Program-made: the position numbers and the translations under genes
Assembly (NCBI GenBank): GCA_009917695.1
Contig: JAACJG010000014.1
Span: forward strand, 50,959-114,958
DNA: 64,000 nucleotides
Direction: 5' to 3'
From: Candidatus Rifleibacterium amylolyticum
Lineage (GTDB): Bacteria > Muiribacteriota > Ozemobacteria > Ozemobacterales > Ozemobacteraceae
Notes under the pieces: model-generated
The model's database searches: none
The model's input: only the letters and a program-made list of their open reading frames with translations
What the model was told of the DNA's origin: nothing
Shown: in pieces, positions 47,250 to 57,257 of the stretch
How positions within the stretch are numbered: the first letter of the stretch is position 1
Layout: every line of letters starts with the position of its first letter

Positions 47250-47815
47250 TGTAAGCCCCCTCTTGCGATCCGTTATTGTTTTGTCTGCTTTAATTATCCC
47301 ATATTTTTGTCTGCGTCTCAAGTTGTCGCCTGAACACTTATGTACAGCAGAAGTTCAAAAATTACTGATGGAGGGAACTTTTTGTTAGCGGATAATAGCC
47401 TGATGCAGGCTTGCCATAGCGGCTTTCAGCTGATCCTTTTCGCTGGCAGGACTGAGCCTGAGGCCATCATGCTGTTCAACTACCGGCGTAATCGGAGCCA
47501 GATCACCAGCAATTTTCTAATATTTGTTTAACATGATTTAATGCCATACTATTCTTCAAGGATGTGCAGATGTCTTCATATAATCATCAAGTTCAGCGCG
47601 TTCTCTGAAAATCTGTATCTCTCGCCTGAAGTTCTGTATCACTGTTCGATCCTGATTTTTTTTGCACATTTTGCAGCGTCCCTGGCCGCAACAGGAGTCA
47701 GACTGGTTAAAAACAAGTTGTAGATTACGACAATTAAGGCTTTTCGCATTGTTGCTCCTGCTGATTTTGCTTCTGTATCTGACAAATCATTGTCCGGCTG
47801 GCATCAGGAAATAAT

Positions 47816-48466
47816 TTATCGGGAAGGCCGCAGGTAAGATTCTCTCGGTAATTCCATGCCTTTGCGGATCAGTTCGATGCTGCTGAGCAGATGTTTTTCA
47901 ACATCCGGGTCCTGCTTTGTCACCAGCAGCATTTCCATCATCGTGGCTGCATTTTCAGCTTCCAATCCAGTAAAAGTTCCAAGAGCGTTAATGATGTTAA
48001 GATTGGAAGATGTTCTGGCAATTTTAATTTCGGCAGGGCCGGCCTTGGCGTTTATCATCGGCAGCGTGCTGGTGCCCATAAGTTTTTGGAGCAGAGGCTT
48101 GACCGCACTTTCATCATTGATTTGCGCCAGTGCAAAAGCTATTTCGGTGCGATTGAATACAATACCATCACCAGTATCGCGATCATCCGCACCGCTTTGC
48201 AGAGCTTCAAGCAGCGCGTTGACAATCAGAGATCTGTTCGCGGCATTGACCATTTTTGGCAGCAGCTTTGCTGCGTAAATTCTCGTATATTCCTCATAGT
48301 TTCTGGTGGTCAAGGAGGCAAAAAAACCGAGTTCCTCGCCATTGGCATTGTAATATTGGGCCTTGCCATGCAACTGCTCAATAAGCCTGGCAACATCAGG
48401 CTCAGCCCAAAGCTGGCTCCCGCAGCAGACAAAGAGGCTAATCAGAGAAAATTTTATTAATTTCAT
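47816..48466 (-). CDS. secreted helical-repeat protein
   Basis: Signal peptide MKLIKFSLISLFVCCGSQLWA. Helical repeats. Confidence 0.55.
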   Translation of the reverse strand: MKLIKFSLISLFVCCGSQLWAEPDVARLIEQLHGKAQYYNANGEELGFFASLTTRNYEEYTRIYAAKLLPKMVNAANRSLIVNALLEALQSGADDRDTGDGIVFNRTEIAFALAQINDESAVKPLLQKLMGTSTLPMINAKAGPAEIKIARTSSNLNIINALGTFTGLEAENAATMMEMLLVTKQDPDVEKHLLSSIELIRKGMELPRESYLRPSR

Positions 48467-48533
48467 AACCACTCCAGATCTTTGCATTTCGCAATACGAC
48501 AGAGATATTTACATTAAGTCGCGCTTAAAAGCT

Positions 48534-49325
48534 TCACAGGCCGTAGTATTTCTTCAATTCGGCGTAGAGTTCCGGGTGTTTCTCCTGCATTTTTTCGGGC
48601 TTTTCAAAAAATGTTTCAGTGGCAACAGCGAAAAACTCCGCCGGATTTGTCGCGCCATAGCGATCTAACAGCGTTTTTTTGAAGTTTTCGCTGCGCTTTT
48701 TCAGTTCCTTATAATCCCGGCCGAGAACTCTTGCCCAGGAAGCATAAGAAGTACGCCCCTTAAGAAGCGGCGCCCCATTTCCGCTGCCTGATTCCTGATC
48801 AAGCTGATGGGCAAATTCATGCAAAACCACATCCTGTCCATCGTTGGTGTTTTGAATCCCCTGTAATACGTCGTCCCAGGCCAGAACAACCGTGCCGGAC
48901 ACCCAGGATTCGCCAAGTCGAACAGACTCTTCTACGCTTCCATCAGGGTTGGCAGTTTTTGCGACATAGGCACTTGGATAAACCAGCACAACCTGCAAAA
49001 TATTGAAATAAGAATCATCATCGCTCAACAGCAGCATGGATGCCTGACCTGCAATGGTCAAACGAATCACATCGGTAATTTCCTGGCCGCCACACCCCTC
49101 AAACCTTATTTCATCCAGAAACACCAGAATCTTCTTATGCAGTCTAAGTTTGAGCTTCTCAGGCATACTGGAATAAAAAGGCAGCTGTTTTTCGAGAATC
49201 GCGGCAAAATTATCAGGAAAAGCCTGTTTAACTACTTTTTTGCGACGATTTCGCTTTCTAATATCGGGGTAAAAAGTCAGGAAAATTATTATCAATGCAA
49301 TAATTACAACCAGAAAAAAATACAT
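48534..49325 (-). CDS. MtfA/M90-like zinc metallopeptidase with an N-terminal transmembrane helix
   Basis: 'HEFAHQLD' HExxH. 'TFFEKPE'. Typical size. Confidence 0.65.
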   Translation of the reverse strand: MYFFLVVIIALIIIFLTFYPDIRKRNRRKKVVKQAFPDNFAAILEKQLPFYSSMPEKLKLRLHKKILVFLDEIRFEGCGGQEITDVIRLTIAGQASMLLLSDDDSYFNILQVVLVYPSAYVAKTANPDGSVEESVRLGESWVSGTVVLAWDDVLQGIQNTNDGQDVVLHEFAHQLDQESGSGNGAPLLKGRTSYASWARVLGRDYKELKKRSENFKKTLLDRYGATNPAEFFAVATETFFEKPEKMQEKHPELYAELKKYYGL

Positions 49326-49397
49326 GAAATTCTCCGCTTGCTCTGTGGAAATGCATTTACAGCAGACAATGGTAACATAATCTGGAATCAGGTATAC

Positions 49398-49841
49398 TCA
49401 GGTGGTGAACTGGCAGATCTGCAATGATTTCGCGGCGGTGTCCAATACCAGATAATACTCTTCTGTCCAGCTTTCTTCGCCAAAATGAGTGGTAATATAG
49501 TCTGAGAAGTAGACTAACCACCTGGTTTCATCAAGCTTGACAGTAATCTCAGAAACACGCGGCAGGGGCATTTTCTGAATAATTTCTTCAGAAAAGGCTT
49601 CAACCTGCTCACATTTAAGCTGTTCTTTGTTGTAATACCATTGCCAGTCTTCAAACTGACGCCTGGTCTTAACTTGTCTGATTCGGCGACCACGTTCCAG
49701 AAGCTTTCCATCAACATTCAGCGAGCATGAAGCCTCGAATTCCCAAGGGATGCCAATGTCTTCTTTGCAGTATTTCTGATGAATCTCGAGCATTCTCTGG
49801 CTGGGAAAAAGCTCGCCACAGCTTTTGCATTCTTCATTCAT
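49398..49841 (-). CDS. hypothetical protein with a C2HC-type zinc-finger motif
   Basis: 'CKSCGELFPSQRMLEIHQKYC'. Confidence 0.5.
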   Translation of the reverse strand: MNEECKSCGELFPSQRMLEIHQKYCKEDIGIPWEFEASCSLNVDGKLLERGRRIRQVKTRRQFEDWQWYYNKEQLKCEQVEAFSEEIIQKMPLPRVSEITVKLDETRWLVYFSDYITTHFGEESWTEEYYLVLDTAAKSLQICQFTT

Positions 49842-50339
49842 AAAATTGCGGAATCATTAATGAAAAAACTTAACCAGCTAAGCCTTATCTGAATCGGCCT
49901 GCTCAGAGTTGCTCTGTTCAGGACTGGCTTCGATCGCTGCTCTTTCAATTTTACGCTGGCGTTTTTCTTCTTTCTTTTTAGCCTTTTCTAATTCTTTCTT
50001 TCTTTTTTCATACGAATAATTTGGTTTTGCCATGTTCAATCCTTTACGTTATTTTACCTGTCCATTAGAACACAGATAGAATCATGGTTCAACCCTGGCA
50101 CCGGCGCAAAAACCATCGCAAAAGAGCAAGAAGCCCCTGCAGTCGAGCTCTTAGAACATGAGTTTTCGCAAAAAAACTTTTCAGAAGGCCATTTTGCCGT
50201 TAGAACTTCCACGGCGTTCCGCCAGAATATTCTATTACCCGCTGGAAATCACTGAATGCCGGCTCGTTTGGCGCGAAAACTGGTTTTGTCGGCCGATAAA
50301 CTGTTTCACGCCTTCGATAAATGAGCTGAAATACCCTGT

Positions 50340-51335
50340 TCAGCGCATGTCGAAGACCGAACCGACTTCAAGCATATGCGACCAGTCTGCGCGAAAGCTT
50401 GCCTTGAAAGCATCTGTTCCCGGCTGCATCTTCTTTAACTGTTCAAATGGTATCGGCGAATGCGCTAGATAATCAGTGACTTTTACCAGAAGAAGGCCTG
50501 ACAAGAAAACCTTTTCAGCATCCTGCGGCATCGGAAGATCACGGTAATTGCCGAACACCAGCGGAACTACCGGCATTTCATAAATTCTGACGGCACAGAT
50601 TTCGCCGGATTTGTCTGAACATCGCCGAAAGTCGGCAAAGTATCGTTTTTCAGCTGAGGCATGGAGCAGATGCAAAGACTTCTCATACAATCGGCTAAGC
50701 GCTGCGTGAAACTCAACGACACCCTGCGTGCTTGCCCGGGCCTGATCAGCCTCATTTCCCCGGCGGGAAATTTTATTCGGAGAGACATAAATTGAAGAAA
50801 ATGGCACATTTGCATCGAATTCCCACTGTTTCGGGATTTCCGGAGCAATAAAAGGCTGCTGCTCACTGAAAACCCGTTTCGCCGGCTCAATCGAGGCATA
50901 TTTCACTAAAACATTCGAGGGACGCTTCGCGCTCTGATACAATCTCCGGCCGCCGGGTATACCATGCAGAAGAAATACATCGAATATTTTTTTTGATGAA
51001 CGAAGCGAACTCAGCTGTACCGGCCATTCATAGAGTTTGAGATAAAGTTTGAGAGAGGCGGCGTCTTCGCGCACGGGCAAAGGAAAGCCGAGCTCAAAGA
51101 TATTCTTGTAAACAATATTGTCAATGTCTGGCGCAAACGCCGGAATGTTTTTTAACCACGGCTTCATAAAAGACCGGGTTGGCAGGGATGCACCGGAAAC
51201 TGTTTTGTCTTCGGCTGGAAGATAAACAAAATGTAATTTCAGCGTATTGTCAATTTTCCATCCGGCACCCTCTACCGGCGAGGCAAACTGAAACAACAAA
51301 GCTGCCACAACAAAAAAACAAACGGCTCGCTTCAT
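50340..51335 (-). CDS. secreted hypothetical protein
   Basis: Signal peptide MKRAVCFFVVAALLFQFASPVEGAG. GGAGAAG RBS. Confidence 0.6.
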   Translation of the reverse strand: MKRAVCFFVVAALLFQFASPVEGAGWKIDNTLKLHFVYLPAEDKTVSGASLPTRSFMKPWLKNIPAFAPDIDNIVYKNIFELGFPLPVREDAASLKLYLKLYEWPVQLSSLRSSKKIFDVFLLHGIPGGRRLYQSAKRPSNVLVKYASIEPAKRVFSEQQPFIAPEIPKQWEFDANVPFSSIYVSPNKISRRGNEADQARASTQGVVEFHAALSRLYEKSLHLLHASAEKRYFADFRRCSDKSGEICAVRIYEMPVVPLVFGNYRDLPMPQDAEKVFLSGLLLVKVTDYLAHSPIPFEQLKKMQPGTDAFKASFRADWSHMLEVGSVFDMR

Positions 51336-51480
51336 ATACTTCTCCAATCGTAACATGCAACGTGTTCTATCAGCTGTCAGTCCACTAATTACACAATCCT
51401 CACATAAAATGCAGCACTATATAAGCATTTCAGAAGGCAAGTTTACCGTTAGAACTTCCACGGATTTCCGCCGGAAGATT

Positions 51481-52044
51481 CTAGTTGGGCAGTTGTACTT
51501 CAACCACGCATTCTACATCAAGCATTGAGCCCGCCTCGGAAATATACCATCGAGTTTTGATCCAGGTAATCCGAAACAGCTTGCCCAGATATTGATCCTG
51601 GTTTTCTTCGTTGATCTGGATTCCCTTTATGTCGCGACCCAACCAGAAAGATCGATCTGCGCCATCAGGCATCTCGACATCGAAATGGTAGTAATCTCCC
51701 ACCGAGATTCCCTTAAATTTGCATACAGCGGTTTCTTTCACGGGGTCGACTTCTTCGGAAAGAAATCCTGAAAACACCCACCCGGTTTGCCCATTATAGA
51801 TGATTTTAGCCCAGGGTGCCTCAATTTCTTCAATCGTCTCGATCAAGTTACCGTATTCCAGAACCTCGACCTGCGTATTCAGAGGGATGTTCGCCATGAC
51901 TTTGCTTACTTTACCAGGTTCGCTTCTCAGTTTAATACCGCTCCGGGCTGTCACCGACCGGATTTCTGCTCCATAGCTGGTCTGGGTTAAAATCACCGCC
52001 AGTGCCATCAAAACCAGACTGGCAAACAAATGCAATTTTTTCAT
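51481..52044 (-). CDS. secreted SH3b-domain protein
   Basis: Signal peptide. 'ARSGIKLRSEPGKVSKVMANIPLNTQVEV' and 'GWVFSGFL' SH3_3-like motifs. GAGGAAAA RBS. Confidence 0.6.
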   Translation of the reverse strand: MKKLHLFASLVLMALAVILTQTSYGAEIRSVTARSGIKLRSEPGKVSKVMANIPLNTQVEVLEYGNLIETIEEIEAPWAKIIYNGQTGWVFSGFLSEEVDPVKETAVCKFKGISVGDYYHFDVEMPDGADRSFWLGRDIKGIQINEENQDQYLGKLFRITWIKTRWYISEAGSMLDVECVVEVQLPN

Positions 52045-52198
52045 ATTTTCCTCAGCTTCCCGGGACTTCTATATTCAATGATGAAAAACCGCGCAAGCAC
52101 AAGCAGTCTAATGGCCAGAGCCTGCCAGCATTGGTCATGATATATCCATGAAAGTGCAGGTGTCAAATTTGAAGCATACCAGTGCTTTGACATTTTTG

Positions 52199-52255
52199 TT
52201 GACTCGCATGCCAATTGCCTGTATAAATATGCAGCTTTTTTGAATATTTATACAA
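52199..52255 (+). promoter_or_regulatory. argRGH promoter (TTGACT-17-TATAAA) overlapped by two ARG-box-like sites
   Basis: 'cTGTATAAATATGCAgc' and 'tTTGAATATTTATACAAt' resemble the ARG box TNTGAATWWWWATTCANW. Confidence 0.5.
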
Positions 52256-52267
52256 TTGGTAATCACA

Positions 52268-52741
52268 ATGAACAAACAGCACAGACACGACGCGATAGTC
52301 AGAATAATTCGCAGCGGCAAGATCAACAGCCAGCAGATGCTTCTGGCGGAAATGGCCAGAGCGGGCTTTTCTTTAACCCAGGCAACGTTGTCACGCGATC
52401 TCAAGTCGCTTGGAGTCGCGAGGCAGGCGCTTGGCGACGGAACTTACACTTACTCGATGGCTGAAGACATACCGGTAAGAGCTGTTAAAAAGATACCTCT
52501 GGCCGGCAATGCTTTTCTTCAGGTTGAATTCAGCTCGAACATCGCTGTAGTAAAGACCCTTCCGGGCTTCGCTCCAGCACTTGCCTCAACCATAGACGGT
52601 TTGCGTCTAGATGGCTTCATTGGCAGTGTTGCCGGTGACGACACGATTTTTTTAATAGTTCGCGAAGGAATAAGCCGCAGCCAGCTGCGTGCAGAGCTTT
52701 TGGAAAAACTCCCGGAACTCGGATTGAAAATCCATCTCTAA
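52268..52741 (+). CDS. argR: arginine repressor
   Basis: N-terminal wHTH '[28 protein letters not shown]'. C-terminal oligomerisation domain 'GDDTIFLI'. Confidence 0.8.
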   Translation: MNKQHRHDAIVRIIRSGKINSQQMLLAEMARAGFSLTQATLSRDLKSLGVARQALGDGTYTYSMAEDIPVRAVKKIPLAGNAFLQVEFSSNIAVVKTLPGFAPALASTIDGLRLDGFIGSVAGDDTIFLIVREGISRSQLRAELLEKLPELGLKIHL

Positions 52742-52763
52742 CCCAACAAAGACAGGATGTAAC

Positions 52764-54014
52764 ATGAAAAAGAAAGTAATTCTCGCCTATAGCGGCGGAC
52801 TCGATACCTCGGTAATTCTCAAATGGCTCGAAAACAAAGGCTATGAGGTTATCGCCTATGTGGCAAATGTCGGTCAAAATGAAGATTTCGAAGCAATCCG
52901 AGCCAAAGCGATCGCTACCGGCGCCACCAAAGTATATGTCGAAGATCTGAGAAAGGAATTCGTTACTGATTATATCTTTCCGGCCATGCAGGGCAATGCC
53001 ATATACGAAGGAACATACCTGCTGGGCACCGCAGTTGCCAGACCGCTGATCGCCAAGCGCCAGATCGAAATTGCCATGAAAGAAGGCACCAACATTGTCT
53101 CGCACGGCGCCACTGGCAAAGGCAACGACCAGGTGAGATTTGAGTTTGCCTATTACGCGCTGATGCCGAACGTAGAAATCATATCGCCCTGGAAAAATCA
53201 GGAATTTCTTGATGAATTCAAGGGTCGCACCGACATGATCAACTATGCCGAAAAATACAATATTCCGATCAAGGCCTCGATCAGCAAATCATACAGTGAA
53301 GATGAAAACCTTCTGCATATCAGCCATGAAGCCGGAATACTCGAAGATCCTTCAATGCGCTGCCCGGAAGAAATTTTCAGCCACACAAAATCGCCTCAGA
53401 CCGCCCCGGACAAAGAGACCGTCATTAAAATCCACTTCAAAAACGGTCTGCCCATTCTAGTTGAGAACACCGAAACTGCTACCAGCATAAGTGATCCGCT
53501 CGAACTTTTCCTCTATCTCAACAAAATAGGTGGAGAAAACGCCATTGGCCGCGTCGATATGGTTGAAAACCGCTATGTCGGCATCAAATCGAGAGGCGTA
53601 TATGAAACCCCCGGTGGCACGATTCTCTGGAAAGCCCATCGCGACCTAGAAGGCATCGCAATGGACAAGGAGGTCATGCATTTAAGAGATGGCCTGATTC
53701 CGAAATTCGCCGAGCTCATCTACAACGGCCTCTGGTTTTCGCCTGAAATGGACTTTCTGATGTGCGCATTCTACAAGAGCCAGGAAAACATAGACGGCAG
53801 CGTAACTATAGCTCTTTATAAGGGCAATGTAACTGTTGTAGCCCGGGAATCTTCAGCCTCTCTGTATAATCAGGAGTTGTCGAGCATGGACATTGAAGGC
53901 GGCTACAATTCGGTTGACTGCAAAGGGTTCATCAACATAAACGGCATGCGCCTCAAGGCTCACAATCTGGTTTTGAAGAAAACGCAGCCCTACGACTGGA
54001 GAGAAGACGAATGA
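52764..54014 (+). CDS. argG: argininosuccinate synthase
   Basis: '[14 protein letters not shown]' PP-loop. '[14 protein letters not shown]'. Full-length similarity. Confidence 0.9.
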   Translation: MKKKVILAYSGGLDTSVILKWLENKGYEVIAYVANVGQNEDFEAIRAKAIATGATKVYVEDLRKEFVTDYIFPAMQGNAIYEGTYLLGTAVARPLIAKRQIEIAMKEGTNIVSHGATGKGNDQVRFEFAYYALMPNVEIISPWKNQEFLDEFKGRTDMINYAEKYNIPIKASISKSYSEDENLLHISHEAGILEDPSMRCPEEIFSHTKSPQTAPDKETVIKIHFKNGLPILVENTETATSISDPLELFLYLNKIGGENAIGRVDMVENRYVGIKSRGVYETPGGTILWKAHRDLEGIAMDKEVMHLRDGLIPKFAELIYNGLWFSPEMDFLMCAFYKSQENIDGSVTIALYKGNVTVVARESSASLYNQELSSMDIEGGYNSVDCKGFININGMRLKAHNLVLKKTQPYDWREDE

Positions 54015-55195
54015 AACTCTGGCAAAAGGGCTACGAGCTTAATGCTGAGATAGAGCGATTTACCACCGGCAGCGACTACCTGCTCGACATGCATCTGCTT
54101 GAATTTGACTGCATTGCCAGTCAGGCGCATGCGCGTATGCTCGGTAAAATTGGCCTTATCAGTCAAAAAGAGGCCGATGAGCTGGTAAGCGAACTGAAGA
54201 ACCTGATCGAGCTTGTTAAAGCCGGCAATTTCAGTATCGCGCCCGACCAGGAAGACTGCCACACTGCGATTGAAATCTATTTAACCAGCAAACTTGGCGA
54301 CACCGGCAAAAAAATTCATACCGGCCGCTCACGCAATGATCAGGTTTTGACAGCTATCAGGCTTTACACCAGGGCCCAGCTGGAAAAAACGCTTGGCCAG
54401 GCAAAAAACTTGATTTCGGCCATAGATGGTTTTATCAGCAGGGTTGGCGAGGTGCCGATACCCGGTTATACTCACACCAGAAAGGCGATGCCCTCATCGA
54501 CAACAATGTGGGCAGAATCTTTCAAATGTGCGATTGAAGATGATCTTACGCTCATCGAATGCGCAATTAAACTTATCGATCAATCGCCACTCGGCACCGG
54601 TGCCGGATATGGCATACCTTTGCCGCTGGACCGCGAGTTAGTAGCAAAGGAGCTCGGGTTCTCCAGGGTTCAGAAAAACCCGATCTACGCGCAACATAGC
54701 CGCAGCAAATTCGATATTTTTGCAGTAAACACACTTGTTCAGATAATGTTTGATCTGAACCGCCTCGCCACCGACCTTATCATTTTCACGCTGCCACAGC
54801 TTGATTTTTTCAAGCTCCCGGACGAGTTTCAAACGGGCAGCTCAATAATGCCGCAGAAAAAAAATCCCGACATCCTCGAGCTCATGCGGGCAAAACTTCA
54901 TGAAGTGAATGGTTACGAAAACACCATCAGAAGCTGCACCGCGAATCTCATCTCTGGTTACAACAGAGACATTCAGATTACCAAAGAACCATTGATAAAG
55001 GCTTTTGAGGCCGCACTGCAAACGCTCGGCGTTGCTGAACTGCTGTTTAAAAACCTTTCAGTTAACCAGGAAAAATGCGCAGCCGCGATGACTGAAGAGC
55101 TCTTCGCAACCGAACTGGCTTACCGGCTCGTGCAAAATGGCGTTCCATTCAGAGATGCTTATCAGCTGATTGCACAGAAGTTCATGAAGGCATAA
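54011..55195 (+). CDS. argH: argininosuccinate lyase (short form)
   Basis: '[18 protein letters not shown]' and '[11 protein letters not shown]' fumarate-lyase signature. ATGA overlap with argG. Confidence 0.9.
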   Translation: MKLWQKGYELNAEIERFTTGSDYLLDMHLLEFDCIASQAHARMLGKIGLISQKEADELVSELKNLIELVKAGNFSIAPDQEDCHTAIEIYLTSKLGDTGKKIHTGRSRNDQVLTAIRLYTRAQLEKTLGQAKNLISAIDGFISRVGEVPIPGYTHTRKAMPSSTTMWAESFKCAIEDDLTLIECAIKLIDQSPLGTGAGYGIPLPLDRELVAKELGFSRVQKNPIYAQHSRSKFDIFAVNTLVQIMFDLNRLATDLIIFTLPQLDFFKLPDEFQTGSSIMPQKKNPDILELMRAKLHEVNGYENTIRSCTANLISGYNRDIQITKEPLIKAFEAALQTLGVAELLFKNLSVNQEKCAAAMTEELFATELAYRLVQNGVPFRDAYQLIAQKFMKA

Positions 55196-55383
55196 TCAGC
55201 AAGGTCTATACTTAGCCGTAATTTGCAACGCGGCAGGTAATGCGAAGTTTCGGCACGGCGCCAGTGCTATGCCCGTCTTCTTTGATCCGCCCATGTTATC
55301 CCTCCAGATGTCTTCGAGCTGAAAATCCTGTTTGGCCTATTGTTTGCAGTCGGCCAGGTCAAGGCATTTCGGTTCTCTGATAG

Positions 55384-56022
55384 CTACTCTTTGGCTGGAA
55401 CCCACTTTTCATTTTGTTTTATGTATTTATGGCTGTCTGTTTTCAGATCAAAAACGGTTTTCTCGCTGAAAACTCCAGAAGCATCTATGGCCAGTTTTTC
55501 GTTTGCTTCAATGATTCTACTTTCGCCCTTCAGGCTGGTTAATGACACCTTACCTTCTTTAACGCCGACAGTTGTCGAATCAGAGGCCACAGACAATTCA
55601 AACACTGTGCCAAGAACACCGGTAAGGGCATGCGGAGTGACGATCGTAAAGTTGCCTTTTTCATGATTGATGCGATAGATAGCTGTTCCTGAATTCTGCC
55701 TGACATTGCTATTAGAAGTTGGGAGTTCGAAATATGTGTCTGGTTTAATCTCAATGATGCCCCTGTTTTCTGCCAGCATGATATCAGCGCTTGAATCAGG
55801 CATTGTTCTGACTCCTCCTCCAGGTGGGAGCAGATCGAGTTGAGCAACCGCAACAAATTTTTCTGATGGTCCAGGTCTGGCTTCAACCGTACCCGAGACC
55901 CTTACAAATTGTGCCATAGCCTGCTTGTTTTCACAGCCAGGCAACAAAAGAACACCTAACAGCAGCGCTGAGCTCAACAACAGCGGGCGAGCCATTTGAC
56001 AAAGCATCGTTTGCATCTCCAT
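55384..56022 (-). CDS. lipoprotein (beta-rich, FecR-like fold possible)
   Basis: Lipobox 'LLLPGC'. Which of several candidate start codons is used is uncertain. Confidence 0.55.
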   Translation of the reverse strand: MEMQTMLCQMARPLLLSSALLLGVLLLPGCENKQAMAQFVRVSGTVEARPGPSEKFVAVAQLDLLPPGGGVRTMPDSSADIMLAENRGIIEIKPDTYFELPTSNSNVRQNSGTAIYRINHEKGNFTIVTPHALTGVLGTVFELSVASDSTTVGVKEGKVSLTSLKGESRIIEANEKLAIDASGVFSEKTVFDLKTDSHKYIKQNEKWVPAKE

Positions 56023-56246
56023 ATTTCTATCAGCATTTGAGTTATATTGTCTTTAACGAATAATTTTAAAACTTTGTCACTATTCAAACAATGCATTTTT
56101 GAGATGCTCCCGAGATTTAGCTTGCTGAACAGCAATCCTGACTGTTATGATAACTTTATTGTCTTTAACAGGTGCTGGCACAGTGCTGTGCTTGGCATGT
56201 TTGAGGGCAGGCAGTGACTGATGCCTGTTGATACTGCCAGAGGTGA

Positions 56247-56762
56247 ATGTTGCAGGCTATTATTAAAAGAGGATTTACGCTGGTTGAGGTGATAATTGCT
56301 TTTGCCCTGACTGTCTTTGTCATCGCACTTGCCCTGTATTATTTCGCCCAGACAACTTCCAGCAATGAGGACATAAGCAAGAGACAGCATTTGCTCAACG
56401 TAGCCAGCAGCTTACTGAGGACTATCAAAAAGGATCTTCGCTCTGCCAGTGAAGCACATGTATCTCATCGAGGCATCTGTCTGAAGGTCAATCAACTCGA
56501 TCCTGAATCAGGAGCACCTGAATCAAAGATGGTTGATTACGAAATTTCGGACGGCCAAATCATACGCCGGGAGGAAAGTTTCAGCAAACCATTTTCGTTT
56601 GCATCTTTACTGAAACCGGATGATTATCTGTCAATGTCGATAACGCAAAATGCCCCCGCCGGGTCAGGATTTTTTCTGGAAATTTTTGCAGCTAACTCAG
56701 GTGGCAGCGAGCTGATAAGGCTAAAAGAACGCCTGATAAAAGTGGATATGACAAAACCATGA
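56247..56762 (+). CDS. type II secretion/type IV pilus pseudopilin
   Basis: Prepilin leader 'MLQAIIKRG|FTLVEVIIAFALTVFVIALA'. Confidence 0.7.
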   Translation: MLQAIIKRGFTLVEVIIAFALTVFVIALALYYFAQTTSSNEDISKRQHLLNVASSLLRTIKKDLRSASEAHVSHRGICLKVNQLDPESGAPESKMVDYEISDGQIIRREESFSKPFSFASLLKPDDYLSMSITQNAPAGSGFFLEIFAANSGGSELIRLKERLIKVDMTKP

Positions 56763-56795
56763 TTTTAATCGTTTATGATAGTTCAGGGATATCTT

Positions 56796-57257
56796 ATGAA
56801 AAATAATTGCTTGTGTCATTCCTGCCTGAGAAGGCCTACGGGGTTCTCTCTTGTAGAGCTTCTGATCGCCCTGTTCATCATACAGTTGATTATCGCACCG
56901 GTCTATCTGATGTTTACAGAAGCGCAGAAAACCATGTTCAAGGCGGCCGACACGCTGACCGCATCGCATCTTGCCAGTTCTCTCGTTGCTGGGTTGCGTG
57001 ATGCACCGGTCAAGGCACTACGTCCACAACCTCTGGAAGACGACACAAAACTGGCTTCGCCTCTCGATCTCGAAAGCCTTGGTGTTCTGCCAGTTCCAGC
57101 AGAGTTTACCCGCAAACTTGAAATCATACCTGTTGATCTGGCCGGCAAAGAGGGTGGCCCTTATTATCTGGTTGAAGTGCAGATTTCATGGTTTAATCGC
57201 AAGACCAGCACGCCGGTAGAATACATAGTCAGAGATCTGCTGCGAGGAAAAAAATGA
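56796..57257 (+). CDS. pseudopilin
   Basis: 'RRPTG|FSLVELLIALFIIQLIIAPV'. Confidence 0.7.
   Translation: MKNNCLCHSCLRRPTGFSLVELLIALFIIQLIIAPVYLMFTEAQKTMFKAADTLTASHLASSLVAGLRDAPVKALRPQPLEDDTKLASPLDLESLGVLPVPAEFTRKLEIIPVDLAGKEGGPYYLVEVQISWFNRKTSTPVEYIVRDLLRGKK

Noticed and set aside
56170-56195. Sigma54-like 'TGGCAC-N5-TGTGC' upstream of the pseudopilin cluster
   Set aside because: The GG/GC spacing is off by one and the -12 element is TGTGC rather than TTGCW. A second element, 'ttggcatg', lacks a partner. This is not enough to call a sigma54 promoter.
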